A DNA stretch of 59,284 bases, counting the filler. It is 2 parts of 2 records of this genome, joined end to end, with 100 filler letters (N's around TTAATTAATTAA, not from the genome) between each part and the next. Parts side by side here need not be neighbours in the genome. Positions count along the whole stretch, not along the records: positions 1 to 31,785 come from SRR20825006_1296; 1 more part is not named here. One strand, given 5' to 3'. The notes under the pieces were generated by a model. It was not told where the DNA came from. It made no database searches and saw nothing but the letters and a program-made list of their open reading frames with translations. Of this stretch, positions 1 to 9,628 are shown in pieces; position 1 is the first letter of the stretch, and each line of letters starts with the position of its first letter. Made by a program: the position numbers and the translations under genes.

Positions 1-1
1 C

Positions 2-157
2 GACTTCAACCACAACCCGAACAGCTCCACATTCGATAGCAGTCAAACCAAGGTAATCGACGGCAAGTTCGTCCGTATCCTGACCTGGTACGACAACGAG
101 TGGGGCTTCTCCAACCGCATGTCTGACACAGCGGTTGCGATGGCCAAGTTGGGTTAA
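2..157 (+). CDS. gap: Glyceraldehyde-3-phosphate dehydrogenase, C-terminal fragment (5' truncated by window edge)
   Basis: Manual translation [51 protein letters not shown] has the GAPDH WYDNEWG motif; lies directly upstream of pgk. Confidence 0.96.
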   Translation, partial: DFNHNPNSSTFDSSQTKVIDGKFVRILTWYDNEWGFSNRMSDTAVAMAKLG

Positions 158-181
158 GGCTCTGGTGAGCTAATCAAATAC

Positions 182-209
182 AGGGCGGCCTTTTCGGTCG
201 CCCTTTTTT
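182..209 (+). terminator. Intrinsic terminator-like hairpin between gap and pgk
   Basis: AGGGCGGCC-TTTTC-GGTCGCCCT followed by T-run. Confidence 0.7.
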
Positions 210-240
210 GTCTTTAAATGAATTTTTCGGAGTTATGACA

Positions 241-1404
241 ATGGCTTTCAAGCGCATTTCCGACCTTGGTGACCTGACCGGCAAAATCGCAGTGGTTCGG
301 GTTGATCTCAATGTCCCGATGGCTGACGGCAAGGTGACCGACGATACACGGTTGCAGGCTGTGAAGCCTACCGTTGATGCTGTGGCAAAGCAAGGCGGGC
401 GTTCGGTTCTGCTTGCTCACTTCGGCAGACCCAAGGGGCAGGAAGTGCCTGAAATGTCGCTGAAGCCAGTTGTGCCCGCTTTGGCTAAAGTTCTTGGTCG
501 CAAGGTTGGCTTTGCCGAGCTTTGCGGCGGGCTGCCGGATGATGACGTTGTGGTCATCGAGAACACCCGCTTCCATGACGGTGAAGAGAAAAACGACCCC
601 GGGCTGGCTGTGAGATTTGCCGCCCTTGGCGATGTTTATATCAATGATGCATTTTCTGCTGCGCACCGCGCACACGCGTCTACTGAAGCGATTGCTCACC
701 TGCTGCCTTCAGCGGCGGGCGAGACGATGGGGGCTGAGCTGGAAGCGCTGGAGAAAGCCCTGGGTGACCCAGAACGGCCTGTTGTCGCAGTTGTTGGCGG
801 TGCGAAGGTGTCATCCAAGCTGGCAGTGCTTGAGAACCTTGTTGCCAAGGTTGATCACCTGATCATTGGCGGCGGCATGGCCAACACGTTCTTGTTCGCG
901 CAAGGGCACGATATTGGCTCAAGCCTATGCGAGAAGGATCTGAAAGACACCGCGCTCAAGATTATCGATAACGCCAAGGCGGCGGGCTGCAAGGTACATT
1001 TGCCAACGGATGTTGTGGTGGCGCGTGAGTTCAAGGCCCATGCCGCGAGTGAGGTTAAAGCGGCTGACGCAGTGGTTGACGGTGAGATGATCCTTGACGC
1101 TGGCCCCGCGACAGTTGAGATGCTGAAGGGCGTGCTGGCGGAATGCAAAACGCTAGTCTGGAACGGCCCGATGGGCGCGTTCGAGATGGAACCGTTTGAT
1201 ATGGCCACGGTTGCCCTTGCCAAGGCCGCTGGCAAGCTTACCGACGAAGGTAAACTGCTAAGCGTTGCCGGTGGCGGTGACACCGTGGCTGCCCTCGCAC
1301 ATGCTGGTGTGAAAGACAGTTTCACTCATATCTCCACAGCGGGTGGTGCTTTCCTTGAGTGGATGGAAGGCAAGCCTCTACCGGGTGTTGAAGCGCTTGG
1401 TTAA
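241..1404 (+). CDS. pgk: Phosphoglycerate kinase
   Basis: [26 protein letters not shown] and [13 protein letters not shown] motifs; ATG 241 preceded by GGAG. Confidence 0.98.
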   Translation: MAFKRISDLGDLTGKIAVVRVDLNVPMADGKVTDDTRLQAVKPTVDAVAKQGGRSVLLAHFGRPKGQEVPEMSLKPVVPALAKVLGRKVGFAELCGGLPDDDVVVIENTRFHDGEEKNDPGLAVRFAALGDVYINDAFSAAHRAHASTEAIAHLLPSAAGETMGAELEALEKALGDPERPVVAVVGGAKVSSKLAVLENLVAKVDHLIIGGGMANTFLFAQGHDIGSSLCEKDLKDTALKIIDNAKAAGCKVHLPTDVVVAREFKAHAASEVKAADAVVDGEMILDAGPATVEMLKGVLAECKTLVWNGPMGAFEMEPFDMATVALAKAAGKLTDEGKLLSVAGGGDTVAALAHAGVKDSFTHISTAGGAFLEWMEGKPLPGVEALG

Positions 1405-1428
1405 TATTCTACGAGGTTGCGAATCACC

Positions 1429-1461
1429 AGAGCCTCCGATGGTTTCATCGGGGGCTTTTTT
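1429..1461 (+). terminator. Intrinsic terminator after pgk
   Basis: AGAGCCTCCGATG-GTTT-CATCGGGGGCTTT plus T-run. Confidence 0.75.
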
Positions 1462-1680
1462 GTACCCCGAGTCGGCGCGGGTGATTTGACTGTGAAATTG
1501 ACAGCGCTGCCAATTCAGGCTGATGGGCAAGATTGTGTTAAATACCGATGAAACTGGACTTTTTCGGCCGTTCGCGCGTTGCGGCAAGAGGTGCATTTGT
1601 GTATCAAGGGGCCACCGATTTCGCAAACGCAACAAAAAGAAGATCGGGCCCCAATAAGCTGGAATATACAGGGAAATACC

Positions 1681-2745
1681 ATGAAACCAGGTGTCGTATT
1701 TGGCGAAGAGTATGCTGCTCTTGTCCAGAACTGTAAGGATCAGGGTTACGCGCTGCCCGCGGTTAATGTGGTGGGAACAAACTCCATCAATGCCGTAATG
1801 GAATCAGCCGCAAAAAATCGCTCTGACGTCATCATCCAATTCTCAAACAGCGGCGCACAATTTTATGCAGGCAAGGGCATGAAGGATAGCTTCGGTGCCA
1901 AAGTGCTGGGTGCTGTATCTGCCGCCCGCCATGTGCAACTGCTTGCCGAGCATTACGGAATTTGCGTCATTCTGCACACAGACCACGCGAACCGCGGCCT
2001 TGTGCCATGGGTTGAGGCGCTGGTTGACGAGAGCCGTAAAAACATAAAGCGCGAAGGTATGCCGCTTTATACCTCGCACATGCTGGATCTTTCTGAAGAG
2101 CCGATTGACGACAATCTGGAAACATGTGCTCGCGTGCTGAAAGACATGACGCCCCTAGGCATGAGCCTTGAGATTGAACTGGGTGTCACCGGCGGCGAAG
2201 AAGATGGTGTTGGATCGGACGTGGATGACGATTTTGAAAACCCAAGCCTCTATACCCAGCCGGAAGATGTGCTTAAAGCATATGACCTGCTCACACCGCT
2301 TGGTCATTTCTCTGTCGCGGCATCATTCGGCAACGTTCACGGCGTCTATAAGCCCGGTAACGTCAAGCTGCGTCCTGAAATTCTCAAGAACAGCCAGTCG
2401 CTTGTTATGGCTGAGCGCGGGACGGCGATGAACCCGCTCAACTTCGTGTTCCACGGCGGTTCGGGCTCGGAAAAAGAGAAAATTACCGAAGCTGTGGGTT
2501 ATGGCGTGTTCAAAATGAATATCGACACGGACACGCAGTTTGCTTTCTCAAAAGCGGTTGGCGGCTATGTTGAAGGCAACGCTGACGCTTTCAAATGGCA
2601 GGTACACCCTGAAACGGGCACGCCCTTCAAGAAGCAATATGACCCTCGTGTCTGGCTCCGCAAATGCGAAGAATCGATGGCGGCACGCCTTGATGAGGCC
2701 TTTAAGGACCTCGGCGCGCAAGGGAAGTCGATGGCAGACGTGTAA
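1681..2745 (+). CDS. fbaA: Class II fructose-bisphosphate aldolase (FbaA/E. coli subtype)
   Basis: HTDH, SHMLDLSEE, EIELGVTGGEEDG, FGNVHGVYKPGNV, VFHGGSGS and YDPRVWLR motifs; start MKPGVVFG. Confidence 0.96.
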   Translation: MKPGVVFGEEYAALVQNCKDQGYALPAVNVVGTNSINAVMESAAKNRSDVIIQFSNSGAQFYAGKGMKDSFGAKVLGAVSAARHVQLLAEHYGICVILHTDHANRGLVPWVEALVDESRKNIKREGMPLYTSHMLDLSEEPIDDNLETCARVLKDMTPLGMSLEIELGVTGGEEDGVGSDVDDDFENPSLYTQPEDVLKAYDLLTPLGHFSVAASFGNVHGVYKPGNVKLRPEILKNSQSLVMAERGTAMNPLNFVFHGGSGSEKEKITEAVGYGVFKMNIDTDTQFAFSKAVGGYVEGNADAFKWQVHPETGTPFKKQYDPRVWLRKCEESMAARLDEAFKDLGAQGKSMADV

Positions 2746-2771
2746 TCGGTCATCAGGTCACCAAATTTACA

Positions 2772-2802
2772 GACGGGGCGGCGTTGTTGCTGCCCCGTTT
2801 TT
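2772..2802 (+). terminator. Intrinsic terminator after fbaA
   Basis: GACGGGGCGGCG...TGCTGCCCCGTT followed by Ts. Confidence 0.65.
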
Positions 2803-2899
2803 CGTTCAGGCATGCTTTTTTGCATGGTATTACTTCCCGCATACCTAAAAATCAGGCATATGCGGGGACGCACAGCTTACTGAAGATGAGGAGCATACG

Positions 2900-3544
2900 A
2901 TGTCGCAAAACCCGGAGGCCTGTCGGCTCTACCTAATCACGCCTGACGAAATTTCAGATTTGGACCGTTTTGCCGCCCTTCTTGATGAAACGCTGGCGGC
3001 GGGGGATGTGGCGTGTCTGCAACTGCGCCTTAAAGGTGCTTCCGATGATGAGATTGTTGCAGCCGCTGAGAAGCTGATGCCTATCTGTCACAAATACGAT
3101 GTGGCGTTTTTTCTCAATGACCGTGCGGATCTGGCGGCGCAAGTGGATGCGGATGGTGTTCATCTGGGTCAGGATGATGGCGATGTGCCAAGCGCGCGCA
3201 CGCTTCTGGGGCATAGTAAAGACATTGGCGTAACCTGCCATGACAGCATGCACCTTGCCTATAAAGCGGGTGATGAAGGCGCTAACTACGTCGCGTTCGG
3301 TGCCTTTTTCTCGACAGATACCAAAACGACTGAATACCAGCCTGAGCTGGATATCCTGACAGTATGGGATGAAGTGACAGAGCTGCCCTGCGTGGCCATT
3401 GGCGGCATAACGCCTGAGAACTGCGGTGAACTAGCCGAGGCTGGTGCGCATTTCGTGGCGGTATGCTCGGGCGTCTGGAACCATCCGGAAGGCCCTGCCG
3501 CTGCGGTGCTAGCTTTCAATGAGGCGCTTGGCTTAAACGGTTAG
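2900..3544 (+). CDS. thiE: Thiamine-phosphate synthase
   Basis: LYLITP, LQLRLK, ND..., DGVHLGQDD and AIGGIT motifs; GAGGAG RBS. Confidence 0.93.
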   Translation: MSQNPEACRLYLITPDEISDLDRFAALLDETLAAGDVACLQLRLKGASDDEIVAAAEKLMPICHKYDVAFFLNDRADLAAQVDADGVHLGQDDGDVPSARTLLGHSKDIGVTCHDSMHLAYKAGDEGANYVAFGAFFSTDTKTTEYQPELDILTVWDEVTELPCVAIGGITPENCGELAEAGAHFVAVCSGVWNHPEGPAAAVLAFNEALGLNG

Positions 3545-3563
3545 ACACAAAAGAATCTTGTAG

Positions 3564-3589
3564 AAAGGGCGGTCAACGACCGCCCTTTT
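3564..3589. terminator. Bidirectional terminator between thiE and the DoxX gene
   Basis: AAAGGGCGGTC-AAC-GACCGCCCTTTT between convergent genes. Confidence 0.75.
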
Positions 3590-3599
3590 GTGTTTTCAT

Positions 3600-4073
3600 T
3601 TAGTATTTTATGCCGAATTTCTGGTCCAGGCTGTAGCGCCCGCCGCCCTTCAGCGCGAAAGAAAAGCCTACAATCGCCCAGAGGATTGGGTATTCCCAGC
3701 CGCCGTCTGTCCAGAAGAAACCGGTGCCAAAGTGGAAGGTTGATGCAACCGCCAACATCACCGTGATGGCAATAGCGGAAGAGCGGGTGAACAGTCCGAG
3801 GGCCAGCAGAAGCCCACCGAAAAATTCGACTGAACCTGCACCGAGTGCGGCAAGGTATCCGTTTGAGAAGCCAAGCTGACCCGCAAAAAACTGGCCTGTT
3901 GCCTCAAGTCCGTATCCGCCAAACCACCCAAACAGTTTTTGAGCGCCGTGAGGCATCAGAAATAGCCCCCCTGCGACACGGGTGAGCGTGGTGCCGATAT
4001 CAGAATATCCGCCGAGAATGCCCTCAAGGGTCGGTAGGCCGAAGGGACCTTGAGCTGTTGTTTGTGTCGTCAT
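3600..4073 (-). CDS. DoxX family membrane protein
   Basis: HGAQKLFGWFGG, EFFGGLLLALGLFTR, GWEY and GGGRYSLD motifs. Confidence 0.92.
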   Translation of the reverse strand: MTTQTTAQGPFGLPTLEGILGGYSDIGTTLTRVAGGLFLMPHGAQKLFGWFGGYGLEATGQFFAGQLGFSNGYLAALGAGSVEFFGGLLLALGLFTRSSAIAITVMLAVASTFHFGTGFFWTDGGWEYPILWAIVGFSFALKGGGRYSLDQKFGIKY

Positions 4074-4303
4074 TTCAAATCTCCGAATTGCATATATGTC
4101 GCTTATGTTGTTGGCCCGCGTGGCCTTTGATTATTGCGTTCTCAACAAGGTAGGGTTTCGCACTTCGGGTGAAAATCTCTTTGAATTGAACGTAGCGTTC
4201 GCAAATGCGCAACGCGAACAAGCCATAGCCTTCGCATCAATGTGATTTGCGGGTCAGGGGTCGGGCGTGCCACGGTCCGCACGGCATGAAGGAGGGAAGG
4301 CTC

Positions 4304-4708
4304 ATGTTATCACGCACTGCATCCTGCACCTGCGGGCAACTATCAATCACCGTGGAAGGGGAACCGGGCGGTGTTGGGCTGTGTCATTGCCTCGCTTGCC
4401 AGACGCGAACGGGCAGTGCCTTTGCCTATCTGGCCGGTTTTCGCGGGTCTTATACTGTTACGGGCAGGGCGACGGAATATGTGCGCACGGGGGATGCTGG
4501 TGCTTCATTTTGTTTCCGTTTTTGCCCTGTCTGTGGCAGCACGATCTATCATACGGAAGAAGGTGTTGAGGGTGGTGTAAGTATTGCCGTTGGTGCTTTT
4601 GCGGACCCTGATTTCCCGCCGCCCCAAGACTCGGTTTATGATTGTCGCAGGCATGGCTGGGTAGTCATGCCGGAGGGCGTTAGGGTCTTTGACTTGGACC
4701 CGGAATAG
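4304..4708 (+). CDS. GFA (glutathione-dependent formaldehyde-activating, CENP-V) family protein
   Basis: CxCG...CHCxxCQxxTGS...FCxxCGS pattern; GGAGGGAAGG upstream of ATG 4304. Confidence 0.9.
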   Translation: MLSRTASCTCGQLSITVEGEPGGVGLCHCLACQTRTGSAFAYLAGFRGSYTVTGRATEYVRTGDAGASFCFRFCPVCGSTIYHTEEGVEGGVSIAVGAFADPDFPPPQDSVYDCRRHGWVVMPEGVRVFDLDPE

Positions 4709-4832
4709 GCCGAGCCATGCGCGGTTCGCACGGCTGCTCCACCACATGTCACCCATTGCATACTACGGTCGAATCTGATACATCGCGGCCCAACTTGTTC
4801 TTTGACACTTATGAGATATTAAGGGGTGCTCC

Positions 4833-5396
4833 ATGAAAATCGACGGTAACGCCGTTCGTCCGGGTAATGTGATTGAGCATAAAGGTGGCCTGTGGCGCGC
4901 AGTTAAAATTGCCCACACCCAGCCTGGTAAAGGTGGCGCATATTTGCAGGTTGAATTGAAAAACCTCGTAGACGGCACCAAGCTGAATGAACGTTTTCGT
5001 TCCAGCGAAAAAGTTGAACGCGTGACCCTTGAGCAGAAGGATTATCAATTCCTTTATGTTGAAGGTAACATGTATAACTTCATGGATCAGACTACTTACG
5101 AACAGATCGCTATCTCCGATGAAGATATCGGCGAAGACAGTGTCTTTCTCCAAGACGGTATGACCGTTGTAATCGAGCTTCACGGCGAAAAGCCGTTGGG
5201 CGTGAGATTGCCTGAAAAAGTAACGCTTGAAGTGACCGAGACCGAACCTGTTGTAAAAGGTCAGACAGCTTCAAGTTCCTACAAGCCTGCTATTCTCGAA
5301 AATGGTCTGCGCGTTGGTGTTCCGCCTTTTGTTAGTGCGGGCGACCGGATCGTTGTTTCTACCGCAGAGCGTGAGTATGTGAGCCGCGCAGACTAA
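4833..5396 (+). CDS. efp: Translation elongation factor P
   Basis: PGKGGA loop, YQFLY and [13 protein letters not shown] motifs; 187 aa. Confidence 0.97.
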   Translation: MKIDGNAVRPGNVIEHKGGLWRAVKIAHTQPGKGGAYLQVELKNLVDGTKLNERFRSSEKVERVTLEQKDYQFLYVEGNMYNFMDQTTYEQIAISDEDIGEDSVFLQDGMTVVIELHGEKPLGVRLPEKVTLEVTETEPVVKGQTASSSYKPAILENGLRVGVPPFVSAGDRIVVSTAEREYVSRAD

Positions 5397-5454
5397 GGTC
5401 TGCACGTATCCTTTTTGTTTTGAGTATAACCCGAGAATAGATCGGAGATTTCTA

Positions 5455-6264
5455 ATGGCCCGTCGTTCACCTCTAATGAATGTCATGGTTGCTGCCGTCC
5501 TTAAAGCGAGCCGCAACCTGCGCCGTGATTTTGGTGAAGTGGAGCAGCTTCAGGTTTCCAAAAAAGGCCCTGCTGACTTTGTCTCGCAAGCAGACAAGCG
5601 CGCTGAGAAAATCCTGTTTGAAGAACTTCACCGTGCACGACCCGACTTTGGTTTCCTGTTGGAAGAAAGCGGCGAGGTGAAAGGCAAGCGTGATGATGTT
5701 CGTTTTATTATCGACCCGCTTGATGGCACCACGAACTTCCTTCATGGGCTGCCGCACTTTGCGATTTCGGTCGCGGTTGAAGAGCGTGGCGAACTGACTG
5801 CGGGTGTTGTGTACGCACCACTGACAGACGAGCTGTTCTGGGCCGAGAAGGGGCAGGGCGCTTACCTTAATGAAGCACGCCTTCGTGTTTCTGGCCGCAA
5901 CAAGATGGAAAACGCGCTTCTTGCCACAGGTATCCCGTTCAAGGGCCGTGGCGATCACGAGACCTTCATGGCTGAAATGGCAGAGTTTATGCCCAATGTT
6001 GCAGGCATCCGCCGCTTTGGCTCTGCAGCCCTTGACCTCGCCTATGTGGCGGCTGGTCGGTATGACGGTTTCTGGGAAGCTGGGCTGTCGACCTGGGATA
6101 TCGCCGCGGGTATCCTGCTCGTGAAAGAGGCTGGCGGTTATGTGAGTGACTACAAGGGCTCAGCCGACATGCTTAAATCCGGCGACATTATTGCGGCGAA
6201 CGACCAGCTTCATGCCCCCATGCAGCGTGTGATCAAACGTGTGCATCGCCAAATGGAGGGTTAA
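5455..6264 (+). CDS. suhB: Inositol monophosphatase family protein (SuhB)
   Basis: IIDPLDGTTNF, RRFGSAALDL and WDIAAG motifs. Confidence 0.95.
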   Translation: MARRSPLMNVMVAAVLKASRNLRRDFGEVEQLQVSKKGPADFVSQADKRAEKILFEELHRARPDFGFLLEESGEVKGKRDDVRFIIDPLDGTTNFLHGLPHFAISVAVEERGELTAGVVYAPLTDELFWAEKGQGAYLNEARLRVSGRNKMENALLATGIPFKGRGDHETFMAEMAEFMPNVAGIRRFGSAALDLAYVAAGRYDGFWEAGLSTWDIAAGILLVKEAGGYVSDYKGSADMLKSGDIIAANDQLHAPMQRVIKRVHRQMEG

Positions 6265-6286
6265 TATCCAAACATTAATGTGTATC

Positions 6287-6313
6287 AAAGGCCGCCTTTC
6301 GAGGCGGCCTTTT
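6287..6313 (+). terminator. Intrinsic terminator after suhB
   Basis: AAAGGCCGCCT-TTCG-AGGCGGCCTTTT. Confidence 0.8.
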
Positions 6314-6483
6314 CCGTTGTGCGGTGTCAATTTCTTGTAATTTATAGATGAATAGCATTGGATAGGGGTTCACATTGGTTTACTTCATTTTTGAATAGCT
6401 GGCATACGCGTGTGTGCCTTTGAAAAACCTTGAGAAACGCGGCGCGGGGCCTATTGTTACCCCTGCAGCGAGGAGGACATATC

Positions 6484-7182
6484 TTGAGAGACGAGATTAC
6501 CATTATTGGTACCCCAATTTCCCCATATGTCCGTAAGGTTCTGGCGATTCTGGACATAAAAGGTGTGCCCTTCCGCTGCATCCCCCTTGTGCCCTTTCGG
6601 GCAGAAGAAGACTTTTCCGAAATCAGCCCTTTAAGGCGCATCCCAGTGATGAGGGTTGGTGATTTTACTATCCCAGACTCGAGTGTGATCGCGCAGTATC
6701 TTGAAGAGCGTTTCCCGGAGACAAGGGTTTATCCGGAAAATCTGGAGGCGCGGGCTCGCTCGCGTTGGTTCGAGGAATATGCTGATGATCATTTCGGTCG
6801 CAACATCATCTTTAATCTCTTTTTCCAGAAGCGCGTGAAACCAGCGGTCCTCAAACAGGAACCGGACCAGGCGCTGATCGATAGTGCGCTCAACGACCAT
6901 TTCCCCAAGGCGCTGGATTATCTTGAACGGGAAGTCCCGGATGAGGGTTTCCTGTGTGGCGACGTTAGCGTAGCTGATTTGATGATTGGTGCGATGGTCC
7001 GAAATGCGGTGTGGGCTGACTGGAGGCTAGATGAAGCGAAATGGCCAAGGTTTGCAGCTTATCTGAGCCGTGTAAACGCCATACCGTCGCTTGCGAAAAT
7101 GAATGCATTGGCTGATGAAATGTTACTTGCGCATCCAAAACAGCACCAAGAGATTATGGCTAAGCATTTGCAGGCTGCGTAA
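6484..7182 (+). CDS. Glutathione S-transferase family protein
   Basis: SPYVRKV, ISPLRRIPV, DSSVIAQYLEE and SVADL motifs; TTG 6484 with AGGAGG RBS. Confidence 0.9.
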   Translation: MRDEITIIGTPISPYVRKVLAILDIKGVPFRCIPLVPFRAEEDFSEISPLRRIPVMRVGDFTIPDSSVIAQYLEERFPETRVYPENLEARARSRWFEEYADDHFGRNIIFNLFFQKRVKPAVLKQEPDQALIDSALNDHFPKALDYLEREVPDEGFLCGDVSVADLMIGAMVRNAVWADWRLDEAKWPRFAAYLSRVNAIPSLAKMNALADEMLLAHPKQHQEIMAKHLQAA

Positions 7183-7307
7183 AGAGCCCGGTTCTCCGCC
7201 ATATTTTATCACCCCGTAAATCGCCATTTACAGTCATAAAATTGCCCTTAAACTATAGCCAAGTATTTGGAGTAGTTTGAATTCCACCGTGGGGAAGCGA
7301 GGGCACG

Positions 7308-8531
7308 ATGCAAAAGCCGAGAAAGTTTATCATTCGCATGACACTGTTCCTTGCAGCAGTGGTTGTGCTCGTGGCGCTTCTCAAGGATGCGATGATCGAC
7401 GCCTTCATGGCGAATGTTGCGCTGAACGGTGTGATTGTGGCGACACTTCTGATCGGGACTGTATTCGCCTATCGCAGGGTGTTTGACCTTTCCCCCGAGG
7501 TGGAATGGATCGCAGCGTTCAAGCGACACGAGAGCGCGTCGGCAAGCGTTACACCGAAGCTGATGGCACCTGCCGCTGCCCTATTGTCCGCGCAGGAAGA
7601 AGGTGGCATGCGATTGTCCACGCTTTCCATGCGCTCAGTGCTGGACGGCATTATCTCCCGCCTTGAAGAAAGCCGCGAGATCAGCCGATATTTCACCGGA
7701 CTTCTGATCTTCCTCGGGCTTTTGGGTACGTTCTGGGGCCTCTTGGGCACTATTGGTGCTATTGGCAAAACCATTAACGGGCTGACCGTGGACGGGGGTG
7801 ACATGGCGCTGATGTTTGACGAGTTGAAAGCAGGCCTTGAAGCACCACTTGCCGGTATGGGCACCGCATTTTCAAGCTCGCTCTTTGGTCTCGCCGGTAG
7901 CCTTATCCTCGGTTTCTTGGATCTGCAGGCCAGTCAGGCGCAAACCCGGTTTTATAATAACGTTGAGGATTGGCTTGCGTCTGTCACACATCTGTCGCGC
8001 TCTGAACTCTCTGAAGGCATGGCGAGCCCCAACGCTTACATGACAGCCTTGATGGAGCAGACAGCAGATGGCATAGACCGCCTGCAGCGTACACTCAAAA
8101 GCTCGGAAGACAGCCGCAGCCAAGCACAGCATACTATGACCTCTATTGCCGAATCGCTTGCCATGCTCGCCGATAAAATGGATGCACAAAGTGCCCATAT
8201 AGCAAAGGGTGACGAAGCATCAAAAGCGCTGGCGTCAGCCATTGAAAAGCTGGCCACTGCTCACCGGGCACCGGAAGCGCCTGTGGTATCGCCCGCGATG
8301 GATGAAGCCACCAAAGGCCATATTCGCAACCTGGATGTGGGTATCAAGCGGCTTATTGATGAGCAGGAACGCAATTCTGATAATATGATTGAAGCCTTGC
8401 GGGCTGAACTCAAACTGCTTTCCCGCACCATTGCCGCAGGCATGGACGGTAATGCGGCCCCTGCCAAGATGCCGTCTCGTCCCACGGGCCTGAGCGCGCG
8501 GCGTGATGATGACGGAACACCAGACGCATGA
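7308..8531 (+). CDS. MotA/TolQ/ExbB-family proton-channel protein with long C-terminal helical tail
   Basis: N-terminal TM segments; channel helices LGLLGTFWGL and GMGTAFSSSLFG; ~200-aa soluble helical tail. Confidence 0.85.
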   Translation: MQKPRKFIIRMTLFLAAVVVLVALLKDAMIDAFMANVALNGVIVATLLIGTVFAYRRVFDLSPEVEWIAAFKRHESASASVTPKLMAPAAALLSAQEEGGMRLSTLSMRSVLDGIISRLEESREISRYFTGLLIFLGLLGTFWGLLGTIGAIGKTINGLTVDGGDMALMFDELKAGLEAPLAGMGTAFSSSLFGLAGSLILGFLDLQASQAQTRFYNNVEDWLASVTHLSRSELSEGMASPNAYMTALMEQTADGIDRLQRTLKSSEDSRSQAQHTMTSIAESLAMLADKMDAQSAHIAKGDEASKALASAIEKLATAHRAPEAPVVSPAMDEATKGHIRNLDVGIKRLIDEQERNSDNMIEALRAELKLLSRTIAAGMDGNAAPAKMPSRPTGLSARRDDDGTPDA

Positions 8532-9622
8532 TCGGCGCGCGGCGACGCATAGGCGGGGCGGGGCCTGATAACAGCTGGCCGGGCTTTGTGGACGCTTTGT
8601 CCACGCTCCTGCTGGTTATCATCTTTCTCCTGTCCATGTTTGTGCTGGCTCAGTTCTTTCTAGGCCAAGCCTTGTCCGGGCGTGATCAGGCGCTTGCGGA
8701 GCTCAGGGGGCAGGTGGCCCAGCTCGGTAATCTTTTGAAGATGGAGCAGCAGGCCAACTCAGCGCTTCGGGAAAGCATGGCTGAGCTATCGGCCTCGCTT
8801 ACCTCCGCCAATAAAGACCGGGATAGTCTGTCTGCGTCCCTCGACAGCACCCGTGCGAGCCTGAGCGAAAGCGAAGCCAGGCTTGCAGAGATGACGGAGG
8901 CTCGGGAGCGCTTCGAGGCTGAAGCCAACCGCCTTCAGGAACAATACGCGTTATCGTCCGGTGAGCTTACCGAGGAGCGCGAAATATCCATGCGCGCCAG
9001 AGCGGAAGTCGCACGCCTGCAGCGGAATATCACCGCGCTTCAGGAACAGCTTGGTCGGCTGGAAGCAGCCCTTCAGGCGAGTGAGGAACGAGACCGGCGC
9101 AACCAAGCCGTGATCGTGGATATGGGACGCAGGCTGAACCGCGCACTCGCGAGCAAGGTGGAAGAGCTTGCGGGCTACCGGTCAGAATTTTTTGGCCGCC
9201 TCAAGGAAGTTTTATCCTCCCGTCCTGAAATCAGAATAGAGGGTGACCGTTTCGTCTTTGCAAGCGAGCTCTTGTTTGGCTCAGGTAGTGCAGAGCTTGG
9301 CCCTGAAGGCCGCGCGGAAATGCGAAAATTCGCGGAGACTCTCCTCACCATTTCACGAGAAATACCAGCTGAATTGAGCTGGATTTTGCGTGTTGACGGC
9401 CACACAGATGTACGGCCGATCTCAAACGCACAGTTCCGCAATAACTGGGACTTGTCAGCAGCCCGCGCCATCAGCGTCGTGGAGTTCTTGATCTCTGCTG
9501 GCGTGCCGGCGGAACGTTTGGCGGCTACCGGGTTTGGTGAATTTCAACCCATCGATCCAGCCGAGAATATCTTCGCCTACAGCCGGAACCGACGCATTGA
9601 GATGCGTTTGACGCAGCGTTAA
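8528..9622 (+). CDS. MotB/OmpA-family peptidoglycan-binding membrane protein with long coiled coil
   Basis: WPGFVDALSTLL TM with conserved Asp, coiled coil, OmpA domain (LLFGSGSAEL, VDGHTD, NWDLSAARA, NRRIE); ATGA overlap with upstream gene. Confidence 0.9.
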   Translation: MIGARRRIGGAGPDNSWPGFVDALSTLLLVIIFLLSMFVLAQFFLGQALSGRDQALAELRGQVAQLGNLLKMEQQANSALRESMAELSASLTSANKDRDSLSASLDSTRASLSESEARLAEMTEARERFEAEANRLQEQYALSSGELTEEREISMRARAEVARLQRNITALQEQLGRLEAALQASEERDRRNQAVIVDMGRRLNRALASKVEELAGYRSEFFGRLKEVLSSRPEIRIEGDRFVFASELLFGSGSAELGPEGRAEMRKFAETLLTISREIPAELSWILRVDGHTDVRPISNAQFRNNWDLSAARAISVVEFLISAGVPAERLAATGFGEFQPIDPAENIFAYSRNRRIEMRLTQR

Positions 9623-9628
9623 GCGTAG

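Noticed and set aside
7308-9622. Calling the MotA/MotB-like pair a Zorya defence system or flagellar stator
   Set aside because: No zorC/D/E or flagellar genes are nearby and the context is housekeeping; only the architecture is similar.
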